DNA from: Basidiobolus meristosporus CBS 931.73 | Taxonomy: Eukaryota > Fungi > Basidiobolomycota | Assembly (NCBI GenBank): GCA_002104905.1 | Contig: MCFE01000071.1 | Location: 1-64,000 of the forward strand | DNA length: 64,000 nt | Reading direction: 5' to 3' | Part shown: positions 10,849-26,830 of the stretch, one piece after another | Layout of the letters: the number at the start of each line of letters is the position of its first letter | How positions within the stretch are numbered: the first letter of the stretch is position 1 | Made by a program: the position numbers and the translations under genes | The notes under the pieces: model-generated | Databases searched by the model: none | Told to the model about the DNA's origin: nothing | The model's input: the letters and a program-made list of their open reading frames with translations, nothing else

Positions 10849-13800
10849 ATGTCCTACAAGTCCGGCCTGCATGACATCACAGAACCTCCTCCGTACCAAT
10901 CCTCTTCAGCCGAGGCAGACAACATCACGGAAAGAGAGGCTGACAACGTCAGCTGTGAGACCTCTTCCAACGAAGAGTTAGGCTCGTCGTCCGCTTCTGC
11001 TACTCTTACTGCCACAGATGTTCATAATATTGAAGAGGAGGAAGTCGAAGAAGAGTTTGTCATGCAGAAGAATGCTAGAGATGTGTGCGTGTTTGTAGAA
11101 GATTCTCAGGGAAAAGAGAATCATCAGGAAATCATATTAGGTGATGAGGATGTTCACGTGAGTTGCTTTCGTCTCCTTTCTCAGGGATGTTCACTAAAGA
11201 CAGCTGTTGTATTCAGATTCATCTCTATGGATATAGAAAGAACATCCCCCTCTATGCGCTCTACTGGGTTCTGTGTGTTTGCACTGGCGGTATACTATAC
11301 CTGCTGGGCCGGTGGTTTCCCGATTGGTGGAATCGTTTTGTGGCTGTGTCTTGTCGCATAAGGGATGCTGAATGGATTGTTGTAGAGGTAGCTTCAAGGG
11401 GTATTATTCAGTAGATGGTTTCCCGGATCTAACGGTTTTCTCCGCCCAGAATCAATGGAAGCAGACCGACTTTGTTGATGTGCATCGTGTGAATACTCCG
11501 GCTCATTGGAGAGCGTGTTTGGCAACGATGGGTTAGCGCAGAAAGTAGGTGTCTACGTATGGCTGCAATTCATACTAAATGGAGTCTAACCGAAGCTTGA
11601 TTATGCAGGAGTCGGAGGCCACCAGTCTTGATGAGCTTATCCATATCGATTATCGGTACATCCGGTTCTTGTATCACCCCATCAACAACCGCTTTGAGCC
11701 GATCGGCTACTGGAAGGATCGCCAGTGGATTGAGAATCCTACGCAGATCCGGTACGGGATTGAGGACATCCACCGTGAAGAACGCAAGACCGTGTTTGGC
11801 GCCAATCTGGTGGATATCGAGGAAAAGTCGGCTGTCCGATTGCTCATTGAAGAGGTAGGTTCTCCGTCGCTTGGCCATTCCCTGACGATCGCTGGCTGAC
11901 CTTCCCTCCAGGTGCTGCACCCCTTCTACATCTTCCAAGTGTTCAGCATCATTCTGTGGTGCTTCGACTACTACTACTACTACGCCGCATCGATCTTCGT
12001 CATCTCTACCATTTCTATTTGCACCACACTGATTACCACCAAGCGCAACATGCGCAAGATGCATGAAATGTCCCGCTTTGTCTGCAACACCATGGTCTAT
12101 CGCAAGGGTGAATGGATTAGCATGCCTTCGTCTGATATGGTCCCCGGTGATGTGTTTGACCTCTCAGATCCTGGATTAAGCGTATTCCCTTGTGACGCAG
12201 TGATTCTCGAGGGAGATTGCATTGTTAACGAGAGTATGCTGACTGGCGAGAGCATTCCTGTTTCCAAAACCCCAGTGACCGCAGCCGCTTTGAAGAACAT
12301 GGACCTCACTCTGTTGAGCCAGGAGTCCCATGTTGCCAAGCACTTCCTCTACTCCGGCACCAAGATCATTCGTGTACGCTCCGGAGCCTTGGGGCTGGGC
12401 AAGGAAAAATGGCTGGAGAACCAGAAGGGCATTCGGGCCACCGCCATGGTGGTGCGCACCGGGTTCAACACCACCAAAGGCTCATTGGTACGATCCATCA
12501 TGTTCCCGAAGCCCAACAAATTCAAGTTCTATCGCGACTCCTTCCGGTTCATTGGGGTCTTTGCGTTTGTTGCGGTGATCGGGTTCATCGCCTCGATAGC
12601 CAATTTTGTTCGCTTGAACATTGGTGTTTCGCTCATCATTCGACGTGCACTCGATCTGATCACCGTGGTTGTCCCGCCTGCGTTGCCGGCCACGATGTCG
12701 GTTGGTATGAGCTTCGCCATCTCCAGGTTGCGCCAGAAAAACATCTTCTGCATTAGCCCATCCAGAGTTAATGTTTGTGGTAAGATCAACATGATCTGCT
12801 TCGATAAGACTGGAACGCTTACCGAAGATGGTCTGGACATCCTTGGTGTTCGCTCTCTCCAAGCTTCTTCTGCCCAATTTGAGCCATTAACCAACAATGT
12901 CGAACAGGCCCACGGCCATGCTACAGTCGCCGAGTCGCTTTCACTGATGCAAGCCCTCGCGGTTTGCCACTCCCTCAAACTTGTCAATGGAGAGCCGGTT
13001 GGCGACCCGCTGGATCAAAAGATGTTTGAGTTTACTCGGTGGGTCCTCGAAGAAGACGGAGAGGTCTCCAACAACTCCCCCAACCCACAAAAGTGCAGCA
13101 GGGCCTCCAACAGCTCATCCATCGTGCGTCCCCAGAGCGCCAGCGATGCCGAGGGACTGAGCATTCTTCGGTCATTTGACTTTATCCCGGTCCTTCGCCG
13201 AATGAGTGTCATCGTTAACCCCATGGGGACGTCCACCCTTCAGGTGTACGTCAAAGGAGCACCGGAGGTCATTCTGGATCTTTGCATGAAGGAGACCATC
13301 CCCGAGGATTACGAGCAGATTTTGTCTGCCTACACACACCACGGCTATCGTGTGATTGCGATTGCTGGCAAGGTGTGGGACGATGCTTGCGGTAAGGCAC
13401 TGAAAGCAAAGCGTGAGGGCGTCGAGTCGGAGCTTCGATTCCTTGGGTTCATCGTGTTTGAGAACAAGCTGAAGCCCACCACTGCGGGGGTCATCGATCA
13501 GTTGGCCGATGCCAAGATTCGCAAGGTGATGTGCACGGGAGACAATATCCTAACTGCCATCAGTGTGTCTCGCGAGTGCGGAATCATCGATCCACAGTCC
13601 CAGGTGTTCGTGCCCCGCATGTTCGAATCAGCAAACCAATTGGAAAACAAAATCATCTGGGAGGATGTGGACCACTCCGCCATCAAACTGAATCCCGAAA
13701 CGCTTTTCCCAGGCTCCACCAAGTCTGAGAGCGAAGGCATCTTTATCCACAAAAGCAGCGATTACCACCTGGCCATCACCGGGGAGGTTTTCCGCTGGAT

Positions 13801-14845
13801 GATTGACCACGCGCCTGTGGAGCTTGTCAACCGCATGCTAGTCACCACCCAGATTTTCTCTCGCATGTCACCCGACGAGAAGCAGGAGTTGGTAGAGAAG
13901 CTCCAAGATATCGGTTACTGCGTGGCCTTTTGCGGCGACGGGGCCAACGATTGCGGCGCCCTGAAGGCCGCCGATGTCGGAGTCTCCCTCTCCGAGGCGG
14001 AGGCATCCGTTGCTGCCCCCTTCACTAGCAAGTCTACAGATATCAGCTGCATCCTCGATGTGATCCGCGAGGGAAGAGCGGCCCTTGTGACCAGCTTCAG
14101 CTGCTTCAAATTCATGGCGTTGTACAGTATCATTCAATTCACCAGCGTGTGCTTTTTGTACGAATTCGGCGCGGTTCTGGGCGACTTCCAGTACCTCTAC
14201 TTCGATCTCTTCATCATCCTCCCGATTGCGGTGGCCATGGGGCGTACCCGCGCTGCTACTAAGATCCACCCGAAGAGACCGACTGCCAATCTGCTATCGA
14301 AGAAGGTGCTGACGTCTCTCTTCGGACAGATTCTGATCAACTCCGGTATGCAGTTGGTGGCATTCCTGGCTACCCGTAGCCGGGACTGGTACACCCCGCC
14401 CCCGCCACCCCCCACCGAAGATGACGCCATCAATCTTTTGGTGGAGATCTTCATCAACACCTCGCTCTTCTACGTCTCCGCGTTCCAGTACGTCTTCATG
14501 GCGATCGTATTCAGTGTCGGACCTCCATACAGAATCTCCAATTTCAAGAATTGGCTCTTTGTCCTTGTATCCTGCGTGCTGTTGGTCTTCAACATCGTCA
14601 TTCTCTTCGCACCCCACACCGTCTTTCAGGATATCTTCCAGCTGACCGACATCCCCTACAACTTCCGCTGGATCCTTGGTGCGATTGCGCTCAGCAGCTT
14701 CATTGGCTCTTGGGTGACGGAGAGGTTCCTATTCCCCCGGTTGGCCCAATGGATCGGCAGAGCGAAACACTCCATTCGCCACGGCGCCAAGCCCAAGCCC
14801 ATCCGAAAGGTATACAAACAAGTGTTGGCCGATTTGAGCCGATGA
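10849..14845 (+). CDS. YPK9: P5B-type cation/polyamine-transporting ATPase (Ypk9/ATP13A family)
   Basis: Motifs EEVLHPFYIFQ, LTGES, PPALP (P5B; P5A has PPELP), DKTGTLT and GDGANDCGALK. 5' introns include 11158-11216 and 11856-11911. Final exon 11912-14845. Confidence 0.92.
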
Positions 14846-15084
14846 CATTCTTACACTGACTACTTGAAAAGACATCGACCTCTTGTGGAAAGTGTACTAT
14901 ATGTTGTATTAAGCCCTCCCTCATGTTCATATTCCCCCAACGATATAGAATATCTCGTTAGCCATATCCTCACCTCATCCCCATCCCCTCATTACCCCAC
15001 GCCACCCAAAATGCCCACCCAAAATAAATCGTCTCTGCAAGTGTGACAAATGTCAATGTGTATTGGGATATATGTGGGCATGAG

Positions 15085-17600
<2,516 letters not shown>

Positions 17601-18618
17601 TTAGCCAACGAAGGAAGCTTGGAGAGGATGCCGGAATAAATGACCCATTCGAATAGGAAAATCTTCGAGATTCCGGAATGGATGACCATTTATGTGCTGG
17701 AGCGAGCACCTTAACCCTTAACTTGCTCTCGATTTCCTATCAGATTTGATTTCGGAAATCCCTGGACTCCCCCATCTAATCAGATTGTCCCGATGGTGGT
17801 TAAAGAGGCGCGGCTTAATCAACATCTTCCGCACAATCCAACCACCACTCATTGCCAAGAAACGCGGCTCACGTGGACGATAATCTGAATCCGTATGCAG
17901 CAAGTGATTTCAAATCAGCAATCACGCAACTCTCACAAAATTACCAAGGCGGCTGGGCGATGAGTAACCATTAAGGTCCTAGTGGCGGAAGGTTCGGTGG
18001 AAGGCCAGTTTAATCTGGCCATTTTTGACAGGGTGGTACGGGGCTCGATGAGGAAGGAGCACCACAGATTGAACAAACCAACATTCAAATAAGGGATGTG
18101 GTTGTGGCCGCATGCATGGGCATTGAGTCCGGGAAGTCTATCTGAATTGGTTTTTCGCCGACGCATTCCTGTGGCACCAGTCTGTACCTCGACGCCATGT
18201 GAATTCGATGCATGATTGTCAATACTCCTGGCCCACGCCCACGCCACGCCCGAACATTCCAGATTCTAGGAATGCGCAGAGGAATCGCCCACTCCCCCAT
18301 ATATCCATCCATCACACATGATCAGATGCCAATCTTTGGGCTGAATGGTTGGTTTTAATTGATTTGCAAAAAGGTCTATGTTTTGGACTACTAGTAGAGA
18401 GAAGTGATTAGGGAAATGATTAGGGAAAGGGGAGATGCTTCTCATAAAATATACATTAATTACAAAGAGAAAGCCTGAAGATGAGGAGACCAGGAGGCCG
18501 GGAGGCGAGGTGGTGCGTGTGTGGAAATGGAAATTATGTTGATGCGTGGAATAGTGAGCAGTCGAGTGCCTGGGGCGAATATTATGTACTGGTGGGTATC
18601 GTGGATGGGTGGGAATGC

Positions 18619-19482
18619 TTAGCATTTGTGTTCTAGTGAATAATGTCTGCGCAGAGCATCGGTCCTGGAGAAGCTGCGTTGGCACATGTTGCACTTGTAT
18701 GGTCGTTCTCCTGTGTGCAGGCGGATATGACGCTGAAGGTCGTGCTTTCTTTTGAAGCTTCGGGAGCAATAGGGGCATGTGTTGTTGGTTTCCCCGGGGG
18801 TCTTCTCCACCTTGATGACCCGTTGGCAAGAGGTCATCGAGCCAACGCTGGCCTTGGGCTCCACAGGGGACATCGGGGCCTGGTCGGTCTCGACGGACAG
18901 AGAGGGCTGCTCGGCCTCGGGGAGAATAGGGAAGCTCAAAGCCTCCGCACTCTTGGGGCCACAATGGACGAAGCGGAACGTCTGGCTGGAGAGATGCTTC
19001 GAGCGCTTGAACATATGCTCCTCACTGAGAGCAAGCATCTCGTCCAGGTCCCTGAGCGAGGGGATTCTGATGTCCTTGGGCAGCTCGCCGTCGTCAGGGG
19101 CCTCGTGTAGGCGACAGAGGGGCGCATTGTTGAATGACACATTTTCGGACTTGAATCGCTCGATATCCGATACAGGTGGAAGAGCGATGGCTCTCTGGGA
19201 AAACGACCTCTTGTTGGATGTGTGCTTGTCGTTGTGCTCGCGGGACGGGTGTTCAAAGGTAAACGAGTCGCTCACGGGAGAAGATAGAGGCGAGGGAGAG
19301 AAGGAGGAATGGTCGGGAGAGATTGGTACGCAGTGGTCGTTTGTTGGTGAGTCGAAAGCACGGGTGTCTGAGGGGCGGGTTCGTGGGTGTGGTAACATGA
19401 TGATGGGATCGGCGGGAATCAAGGAAGTACGCTTTTCGCCAAGTGTGAGGTCAGCCAAGGGAAATTTGCCAGCGGAAAGCAT
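18619..19482 (-). CDS. C2H2 zinc-finger transcription factor (two C-terminal fingers)
   Basis: 287-aa ORF with a S/P-rich N-terminus and CPYCSRSFKRKHDLQRHIRLH-TGERPY-KCNMCQRSFSRTDALRRHYSLEH. Confidence 0.88.
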   Translation of the reverse strand: MLSAGKFPLADLTLGEKRTSLIPADPIIMLPHPRTRPSDTRAFDSPTNDHCVPISPDHSSFSPSPLSSPVSDSFTFEHPSREHNDKHTSNKRSFSQRAIALPPVSDIERFKSENVSFNNAPLCRLHEAPDDGELPKDIRIPSLRDLDEMLALSEEHMFKRSKHLSSQTFRFVHCGPKSAEALSFPILPEAEQPSLSVETDQAPMSPVEPKASVGSMTSCQRVIKVEKTPGETNNTCPYCSRSFKRKHDLQRHIRLHTGERPYKCNMCQRSFSRTDALRRHYSLEHKC

Positions 19483-21949
19483 AATCTAGTACTCGACGGA
19501 GAGCTGGGGGAGTTTGGTATTTGTATGTTTTCTAAATGACGCCGGCTTACCATAGTAGCCAGTAGTAGTACCTCTCAACTCTCATTTATAGGCTGACGAG
19601 GTCGAAGAGTAACCAAACAAAATGCTGGCCGATCACATATTAGGCACCTTGTTCATGCCTAAATCAGAGCATCGGCGCTGTATAGAAATGGTATTCTATT
19701 CTTATTCTTGGCCCGCGGCGATTGGTTACCTGCTCGGTGATGGTGAGTGTTCTTAGTTTCTAGATTAAATCAGCATATACTGATCATCGACAAGCGTATA
19801 TACTGATCATAGACTGGCCAACTGATATCAACCACTTGGATGCACCTAAATTACTTCCACTAGATCTCCCCTTTGGGTTGATTAGCGAACGGCAGCAGTT
19901 ATTAACCACCCTTGCGTGCCTCTGCCCAATCGATGCCACCACTCCTTGAGCAGTGCCGTTGACTAATCGATGTACAAACCTGGATGAGGCTGGGTTCGTC
20001 AACGATACTGCTTGTCTGAGGCGACGTTGCGTTTGGGGTGCTCCAAGCAAGTTCCATGGCAGCGGTTGGAATTCCTCATTCAGGCGCCAATTCATGGGTA
20101 CTTCACCTAAAGCGGGCGGGAAAACCTGTTGCTAACCTCTTTTAACGTTCGACAAATGCAATAAACAACTGACCACAGTATGAAAACCTACGCATATGGC
20201 AATCCCTTCTTTATTTGGGGATTTGCCTGGGATAGATAAGTCCAGAGTTAGTCATATGCAAGGTGGATGGTGGATGGTGGCTTCCGGCTGGTGATTGGCC
20301 CCCTGTGGGCAACGAATATTGAGCAATATCTGTGTCATGCATTAGCGAGGAGTTGTCGCCTCCTGAACATACCGAATGGTGCGAAGTCTGGAGCATAGAG
20401 ATCCACATCCACGGCCGCCCACCAGTGCGCAAGACCAGCTCCCAGCAACGCCAAATTGGTCGCTCGCATTCAAGACATCCGGCCGCACAAGGCAAGTGTG
20501 TGTGGTATTCATCATATTGCATTTGCTGCTTTTGTCAAGGAGGGATGCGGCTTTTTAGGCCCATCCATATCAGCACCCATCGGCCTTTCCCATCAATAAA
20601 GATTGTTCCATAGCGTTTGAACCCTGCTCCTGCTGCGATGCAATCACTGCGTTTAATATAAAATCCCACAATTTGGTAGTACATTGGTTGATCATCAGCC
20701 ACCATGTTTCGGATCAGTTGCCAAATTGGGAGGGAGTGGTAGAGTCGGAGATCTCCCGCGATAATCCTCCCAATGGTGCTTCGCCAACCTCACCGTAATG
20801 TCAACCACATTGACCATACCTTGAATATTAATAGTAACGCCAAGATAATCCTTTTTAAACCGCGGTGGCTTCCCTGGCCCAGTTATTTATAGGCCTGCGA
20901 GGTCTCGGACGCATATACACCCCTACCTGTGGACATGCTGTGGTGAAGTGGAATTAATCCGTGATGGAAGTGGGCGTCGATGCCACATTTGAGGCACCAT
21001 TGGTTTGAAACGGATTCTCCCATGTATAGGCGGCCATCTCGTTTGGATTCGGTTGCCAGTGTGAACGTTAGAGTTGGGTTGGTCATACTCAATGGACGTG
21101 GTGCCTAGGAGATTTGGTGATTCCCTAGCGCCAACATAAATATGGTTACCTCCGCCAAGAGTGCAACCGGCCACAACTCCATCAATGAAACAACTGTGCT
21201 ACATTGGGTAGTATGAACGGTTGGGCCGAGGCTGACCAGATTTATTAAGTCCATTCCAATCACGGGGACACTTTAGCCAGTTCCCATCGTGGTTAAGTTC
21301 CTGCATAACTAATGAAATTTCATTCTCCCCATGGTGCAGTTCTTGGCAGTCTAGCCAATGATCGCACCCTTATAGCCCATGGATCTTGCGATCTAGGAAA
21401 AGAAGTCTTCTGATTCCATGGCCCGCGATAATATTGACTACTTGGGTGGTGGGATATCTGTGCGACGTGCGCAGCCAATCACTGTCGCCATCCCCAATCG
21501 GTGCGGTGCCGAATTTCTTGGCAATGACACCCATCTATCCTGGTTGAGACCAACGCTCACACCCAGCTCACGCCCTATCCATGAGAAGCCGATCGATTTC
21601 CTGAGCCAAATTAGACCATTTCCAGAAACTCATCTATCGTAAACAAGCCCAAGGGCAATCGGCAAGGAAAGGGCCCCGAGTGCTATGCACAAATCAAGCA
21701 TCGCCAATATACCTCGAATTGGCCAGATTGAATGGCGATTTCGCTCGTCAAACTATCCCGTTTGTGGGGAATATCATGCAGCTTTTTGCGATGGGCCACC
21801 TGTACCGAGGATACTGGCCAATGTCCATTGGCAGCCGGGGTGATACTAAGGGTAAGTGAACGGCGCCAGGTAGCCCGCCAACTATTATTTAAATACTAGG
21901 AGGTCGCCCGACTATCAAGTAGTTCACTCATCCCTTAATCCACAAATCA

Positions 21950-23395
21950 ATGACGGTGAAAGCCAAACATCCCATTTCCCAAGCGGGTAAGACTTGGGGT
22001 AGAGACAAAGGTAAGACGCACCTGTGCCTGAAGCGCTCATGCAGGTTTCCAGTCACTAACCAAGCCCATTGACCGCTCCTTCTAGATGTCACCACTCTGA
22101 CAAACCTGATTTGTGCATGTATTTTCCTATTTTGTCCAATCATGGTGCTGTACTTCTGGTCCTCCTGCACCTACTACTCTTGCTCCCTTTACGCCCCAGT
22201 GGCCGAGCTAGGCGCCCAGGGCTTCTCGATGGAGGCCTTGAGGGGCTTCTTCTGGGACAAATTGATGCCGGTCCCTAGCGCAGCTGGCTTCAAGCTGTTC
22301 TTCAGCTGGCTGTTGTTCCAGGCTTTCCTCAATGTGGTCCTCCCCTGCAAAATCGGGTTTGGCCAGATGACCCCTGCCGGCCATTTGCTTCCTTACAAGG
22401 TGAACGGACTGTTCGCCTGGTTCGTCTCCCACGCGCTGTTCATTGGCGGTTCTCTAGGTCTTGGCCTGTTCCCGGCCAGCATTGTCCACGACAACTGGGG
22501 CGGCATCCTCGTGGCGGTCAACGCCTACGGCTACTTCCTCACCATCTTCAGCTTCCTCAAGGCCCACCTGGCCCCCTCCCACCCCGAGGACCGTAAGTTC
22601 TCCGGCTACTTCTTCTACGATCTGGTGATGGGTATCGAGCTCAACCCTCGCTTCGGTAAGTACTTCGACTTCAAGCTCTTCCACAACGGACGCCCTGGCA
22701 TCGTGGCCTGGACCTTGATCAACTTCTCCTTCGCCGCCGCCCAGTACCAAGCCACGGGATACGTCACCAACTCCATGGTCCTGCTGAATTTCCTTCACGC
22801 GGTGTACGTGGTCGACTTCTTCTACCACGAGGACTGGTACCTTCGCACCATCGATATCGCCCACGACCATTTCGGATTCTACCTCGCCTGGGGAGATTCC
22901 GTGTGGCTCCCATTCATGTACACCCTGCAGTCCCACTACCTCGTGCGGAATCCGATCGATCTGAGCTGGTGGAACTTCTCCTTCCTCCTCGCCGTTGGCA
23001 TGGTCGGGTATTACATTTTCCGCACCGTCAACAACCAGAAGGACGTCACCAGGAAATCCGACGGGAAAAACCGGATCTGGGGGAAGCCCGCGCGGGTGAT
23101 CCGTGCCCACTACACCACCAGCGACGGCAAGGAACACACCAGCATCCTGCTCACCTCCGGGTACTGGGGCATCTCCCGCCACTTCAACTACGTCGGGGAT
23201 CTGCTGATGTGCGCCGCCTTCTGCTTCTGCTGCGGGTTCGACCACCTGCTGCCCCATTTCTATGTGATCTACATGTTCATCCTGTTGGCTCACCGCATCC
23301 AGCGGGACCACACCCGTTGCCGGGGTAAGTACGGCAAGTACTGGGACGAGTACTGCAAGCTTGTCCCTTGGAAGCTCTTCCCCTACTTCTTCTAA
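21950..23395 (+). CDS. DHCR7: 7-dehydrocholesterol (sterol delta-7) reductase, ERG4/ERG24 family
   Basis: Exon 1 21950-22010, intron 22011-22085, exon 2 22086-23395 in frame. Motifs GIELNPRFGKYFDFKLFHNGRPGIVAW and EDWYLRTIDIAHDHFGFYLAWGDSVWLPFMYTLQ match DHCR7 rather than ERG24/LBR. Confidence 0.88.
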
Positions 23396-23565
23396 TCCAC
23401 TCCCCTAATGCCGCCACGCATCCTCCCATATACATACGTCAACTGCATCCCATCCCTGTCACTGCACCCGCTGCTGTTCCCTTTCTGTACAACTATTTCA
23501 TGAATCAATAAATCAGGTTTATTTCGACGTTTCAATGAGGGTCGTCTCGGTTTCGGATGCCCCGA

Positions 23566-24597
23566 TCAAAACAGTTGGATCCCCGCCACCAAGGTGAGAA
23601 CCAGCGCCGCGAAGGTCACCTTGGTGGGATTCGAGGCCCCGTTGTGGCCGTCCCCAGACCCGGTGGACCCCTTGTTCCCGGGCAGAAGGTTCGTCTCGTT
23701 GGGGTTGAGTACGGTGTCGATCACATGAACCACGCCGTTCTTGGTGAGGACGTTGGGGGTGACGATGCGGGCGTTGTTGACATAGAGGTTGCCGTTCTGG
23801 GCGTGGATGTTCAACCTGGCCCCTTCCCCGGAGGTGAAGGAGGTCCCGTTGGTGAGGTTACCGGAGTAGAGGACGGCGGGGGTGACCAGGTGGTATTTGA
23901 TCAGTCGCGTGAGCTGCTCGTTCGACAAACCGCCAAGGTTGGTGGCGGCCTTGAAGGCGTCGTTGTTGGGGGCGAAGAAGGTGGCCCCGCGGAGGTTGTC
24001 GATTGATTGGGTGATGTTGATCTTGTTGGTCGCATCCTCCGCCGAGGACAGGCCCGCGTTTTTGGCGGTCTCCGAGGGGGAGACCGGGGGGATCAGCACC
24101 TGGTTGATCACGTGGATCACCCCGTTGGAGGCCCCCTGATCGGCTTGCGAAACGGTGGCGTTCTTCGTGCCGTAGCCCACCTGGACGTTGTCGCCGCTTC
24201 GGCTGATGGCAAGCACTTGGGTGCCATTGTTCGGAAGGGTGACGTACTGCGGATCATTGAGCAGGGTGCTTGGGAACGCCCACCCGTTATCCGGAACGTT
24301 CCCACTGGTCAATCTTTGGGGAACAACGTGATATCTCAGGACATTCGTGATGTAAGCAGTGTTGGAGGTATCTAGCTTAGCATCGTTCAGGGCCCCGTCG
24401 GTGGGGGCGAAGAGGGTGTACGGACCATTTCCAGTGAGAAGTGTCTTGATGGCGGCGTACTGTGGGTTGTTGATCAGCGAGTTGAGCGTTTGAAGGTTGG
24501 AGTTTCCGGCAATGTTGTCGGCGAGGTTCTTGGTGGCGTCCTGGGCGTACGAAGAGTCAAGGGAGTAGAGCAGCAAAAGGGCGGTGAATAGCTTCAT
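23566..24597 (-). CDS. Secreted double-fasciclin (FAS1) cell-surface protein, probably GPI-anchored
   Basis: Signal peptide MKLFTALLLLYSLDSSYA. Two FAS1 domains (YTLFAPTDGA...NVLRYHVV...NGVIHVINQVL and TFFAPNNDAF...LIKYHLV...NGVVHVIDTVL). G/S linker then hydrophobic C-terminus. Confidence 0.9.
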   Translation of the reverse strand: MKLFTALLLLYSLDSSYAQDATKNLADNIAGNSNLQTLNSLINNPQYAAIKTLLTGNGPYTLFAPTDGALNDAKLDTSNTAYITNVLRYHVVPQRLTSGNVPDNGWAFPSTLLNDPQYVTLPNNGTQVLAISRSGDNVQVGYGTKNATVSQADQGASNGVIHVINQVLIPPVSPSETAKNAGLSSAEDATNKINITQSIDNLRGATFFAPNNDAFKAATNLGGLSNEQLTRLIKYHLVTPAVLYSGNLTNGTSFTSGEGARLNIHAQNGNLYVNNARIVTPNVLTKNGVVHVIDTVLNPNETNLLPGNKGSTGSGDGHNGASNPTKVTFAALVLTLVAGIQLF

Positions 24598-26519
24598 GGT
24601 TGGATTGTGTGGAAATCGCCTTGGCGGACCTTCCCCCGCTCCGTTCGCTTATATAAGAACCCCGGATCCACGCTCTCCTCACCACCACACAGTCACCCGA
24701 AGTGCGAGTGACGACTGGGAAATGTCAGCCTCCCGCTTGATAGGATCGGTTTTACCAGCCGGCGAATGGGTCCCGTTGACTGGCGAGGAGGGGAATTTAA
24801 TCATCTTGGACTCGCTGCCCGCCATACTCAAGAGACATCCCACCTTTCCTGAATCCAGAACCCGACGACAACCTTAAATCCAATGAAGCAATCCCATCGT
24901 AGTTCCATCATCTCCGGCGAGTTTCTACCCCCCTCGTTGGCGGATCGGATGGATATCGTGAATTCCAACCACCCAACCGTCGGTGGGAACGTTCCTGTGC
25001 GTTGCCTGCAGTGTGGAACCGCCGTGACTGGGTTATCCAAGGTAGATCCCATCGAACTTCTACCCCGCGATCCACACGTCAGTTTCTACTCAACCTAGGG
25101 CAAACCTTAAATGCCGCGTTCTTTCGGTCGAGGTCCAAACCAATGACCCACTCGGGATTCGGGTGACGCCTGGAGAGTAAGGGTCGGGTGGGATCCCCAC
25201 CCCGACCAATCCGAAGCGGTCGGGCGTTCGCGAACTCCTTCTTCACCTATGAACGCTCGTCGGTCCAATTCTTGGCATCGATGATGTCGGTGGTGCCGCA
25301 TGATCAGTGGCGACTTTCAGGTCCCACCTCTGGTGTCAACACTGTCCGCGAGTAGTAGCCCGGAATCTCCTTAGTAAAAATAGCTCAGCTCGATCGGTTC
25401 GGTGTGGCGATGCTTGAGGGCGAGGGGGGGGGTTCGCGGATCCTTCTCTTCGTACTGGCAGCCAGAGCCGGATCGATCTCCACCAGCGGTCACGCATGAA
25501 GGGGCAGCCTCAAGTTAGGTGAAAGGATGGCGGTTATGCTCGTGCGCTTCCACCAGATCCGAATCCATCCCTTTGGAATCAGCCTCCTGGGCGTTGTAGC
25601 ATGATGGATATGGAAGCGCCGATCTCTCATCGGGGTGACGGCTCTCAGCTTACATATCCATGCGGGTTTCCAAAGGTTCACATTGAAACGGCACCCTGAC
25701 AAGATTTCCCATGTTATTGCCGGCATGGTCTGGGGGTTTGGAATCCCGTTTGACAATCCTGCGCAACCCGTCATTGGCTGGAGTAGTCCCCCCCTTCACT
25801 TCGTAACCTATCCCCCGAATCCTGATCCCCTACCAACCTCGCGATGTTGTGCATTCTTTGGCGAGGTTGGTTAGAAACCCTTCGCCCACTAGGAGCGTGC
25901 CCACGGTTTACAGTGATATTGGGGGGGGGAGGAAGGGATTGGACGTTTATGGCATACCGGTGCTTCTGGCGAATAATTGGTATCGCTACCGAATTTCCAT
26001 TGGCTTCATATGAATACTTGGTCATGTTGTTGGGAAATGGGCGGTTGACCTGGTGTGGGCTTTTCTCTGGTCAGGGGGGGGAGACGCATGGGCAACCAAT
26101 GATGCCGAGTGTTGTTCAAGCACCCAAAAAGTGGGACCATCCATATGCACCGCCACCACACATCCCACCTTCTGTCCGCAGTTTCGAAGTCGGATGGGGA
26201 AAACTTTCGAGTCGGGAAGATGTACGTGCCTGCCCCCATCCAATGGTAAGAAACCACCGGAATGCTCATCACCACTGGCAGATGTAGCACTAGGGATCCT
26301 GGAGGTGATCAGGAATTGCTGGCGCACTATTGGGGTGGGGTCCCTGATCGGCATGTCAACTTGCTGCAATGTATCCGGACTCTGAGCCGAAATCGGGCGA
26401 GTTTGTGATGGAATCTCCAGCGGGCGTGAATGTTATTTGCCGGTTTAGCACCTGAATCATCCCATTTGACCCAAGTCTCTACTTGCCTAATCGCCCAAAT
26501 CTTGCCCATTCCCTTGGCT

Positions 26520-26830
26520 GGCCATCAGGTTTGCAGGAGATGGGATAATTTGTTGTTGCTCCAAGGTAGAGGCTGTGGTGGAAGCCCCTTTCACTAAAAC
26601 TTATCAACCTCACTGGAGTGCGGATCAACTGGCTGCTCTTCAACCACTTGTGGAAACAGCTGTTGTCTTGCAGGGTCCAGACTGGACTTGGTTGACGGCA
26701 ATGCTTGCCGCAAACTGCAGCTTTTGTCTTACACTTCTCTGTTGCTGCCTATGGTAGGCTTTCTTTCATTTCCCCTTACCTTTACTACTGCCAGGACCAT
26801 CACTGCTACTCTGACTGGGTGCATCTTGTG
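26520..26830 (-). repeat. Diverged fragment of unclassified repeat family X
   Basis: Minus-strand translation QQLFPQVVEEQPVDPHSSEVD resembles KQLFSQELEVQPVELHFNKVD of the copy near 45360. DNA similar to 29520-29580. Boundaries approximate. Confidence 0.5.

Noticed and set aside
22454-23311. 285-aa antisense ORF over DHCR7, and similar shadow ORFs over the fasciclin, zinc-finger and ATPase genes
   Set aside because: Expected by-product of GC3-rich codon usage on the coding strand; no recognisable motifs.
24600-26500. Short ORFs and G-runs upstream of the fasciclin gene
   Set aside because: No domain, splice pattern or RNA structure that I can support; probably regulatory or intergenic DNA.
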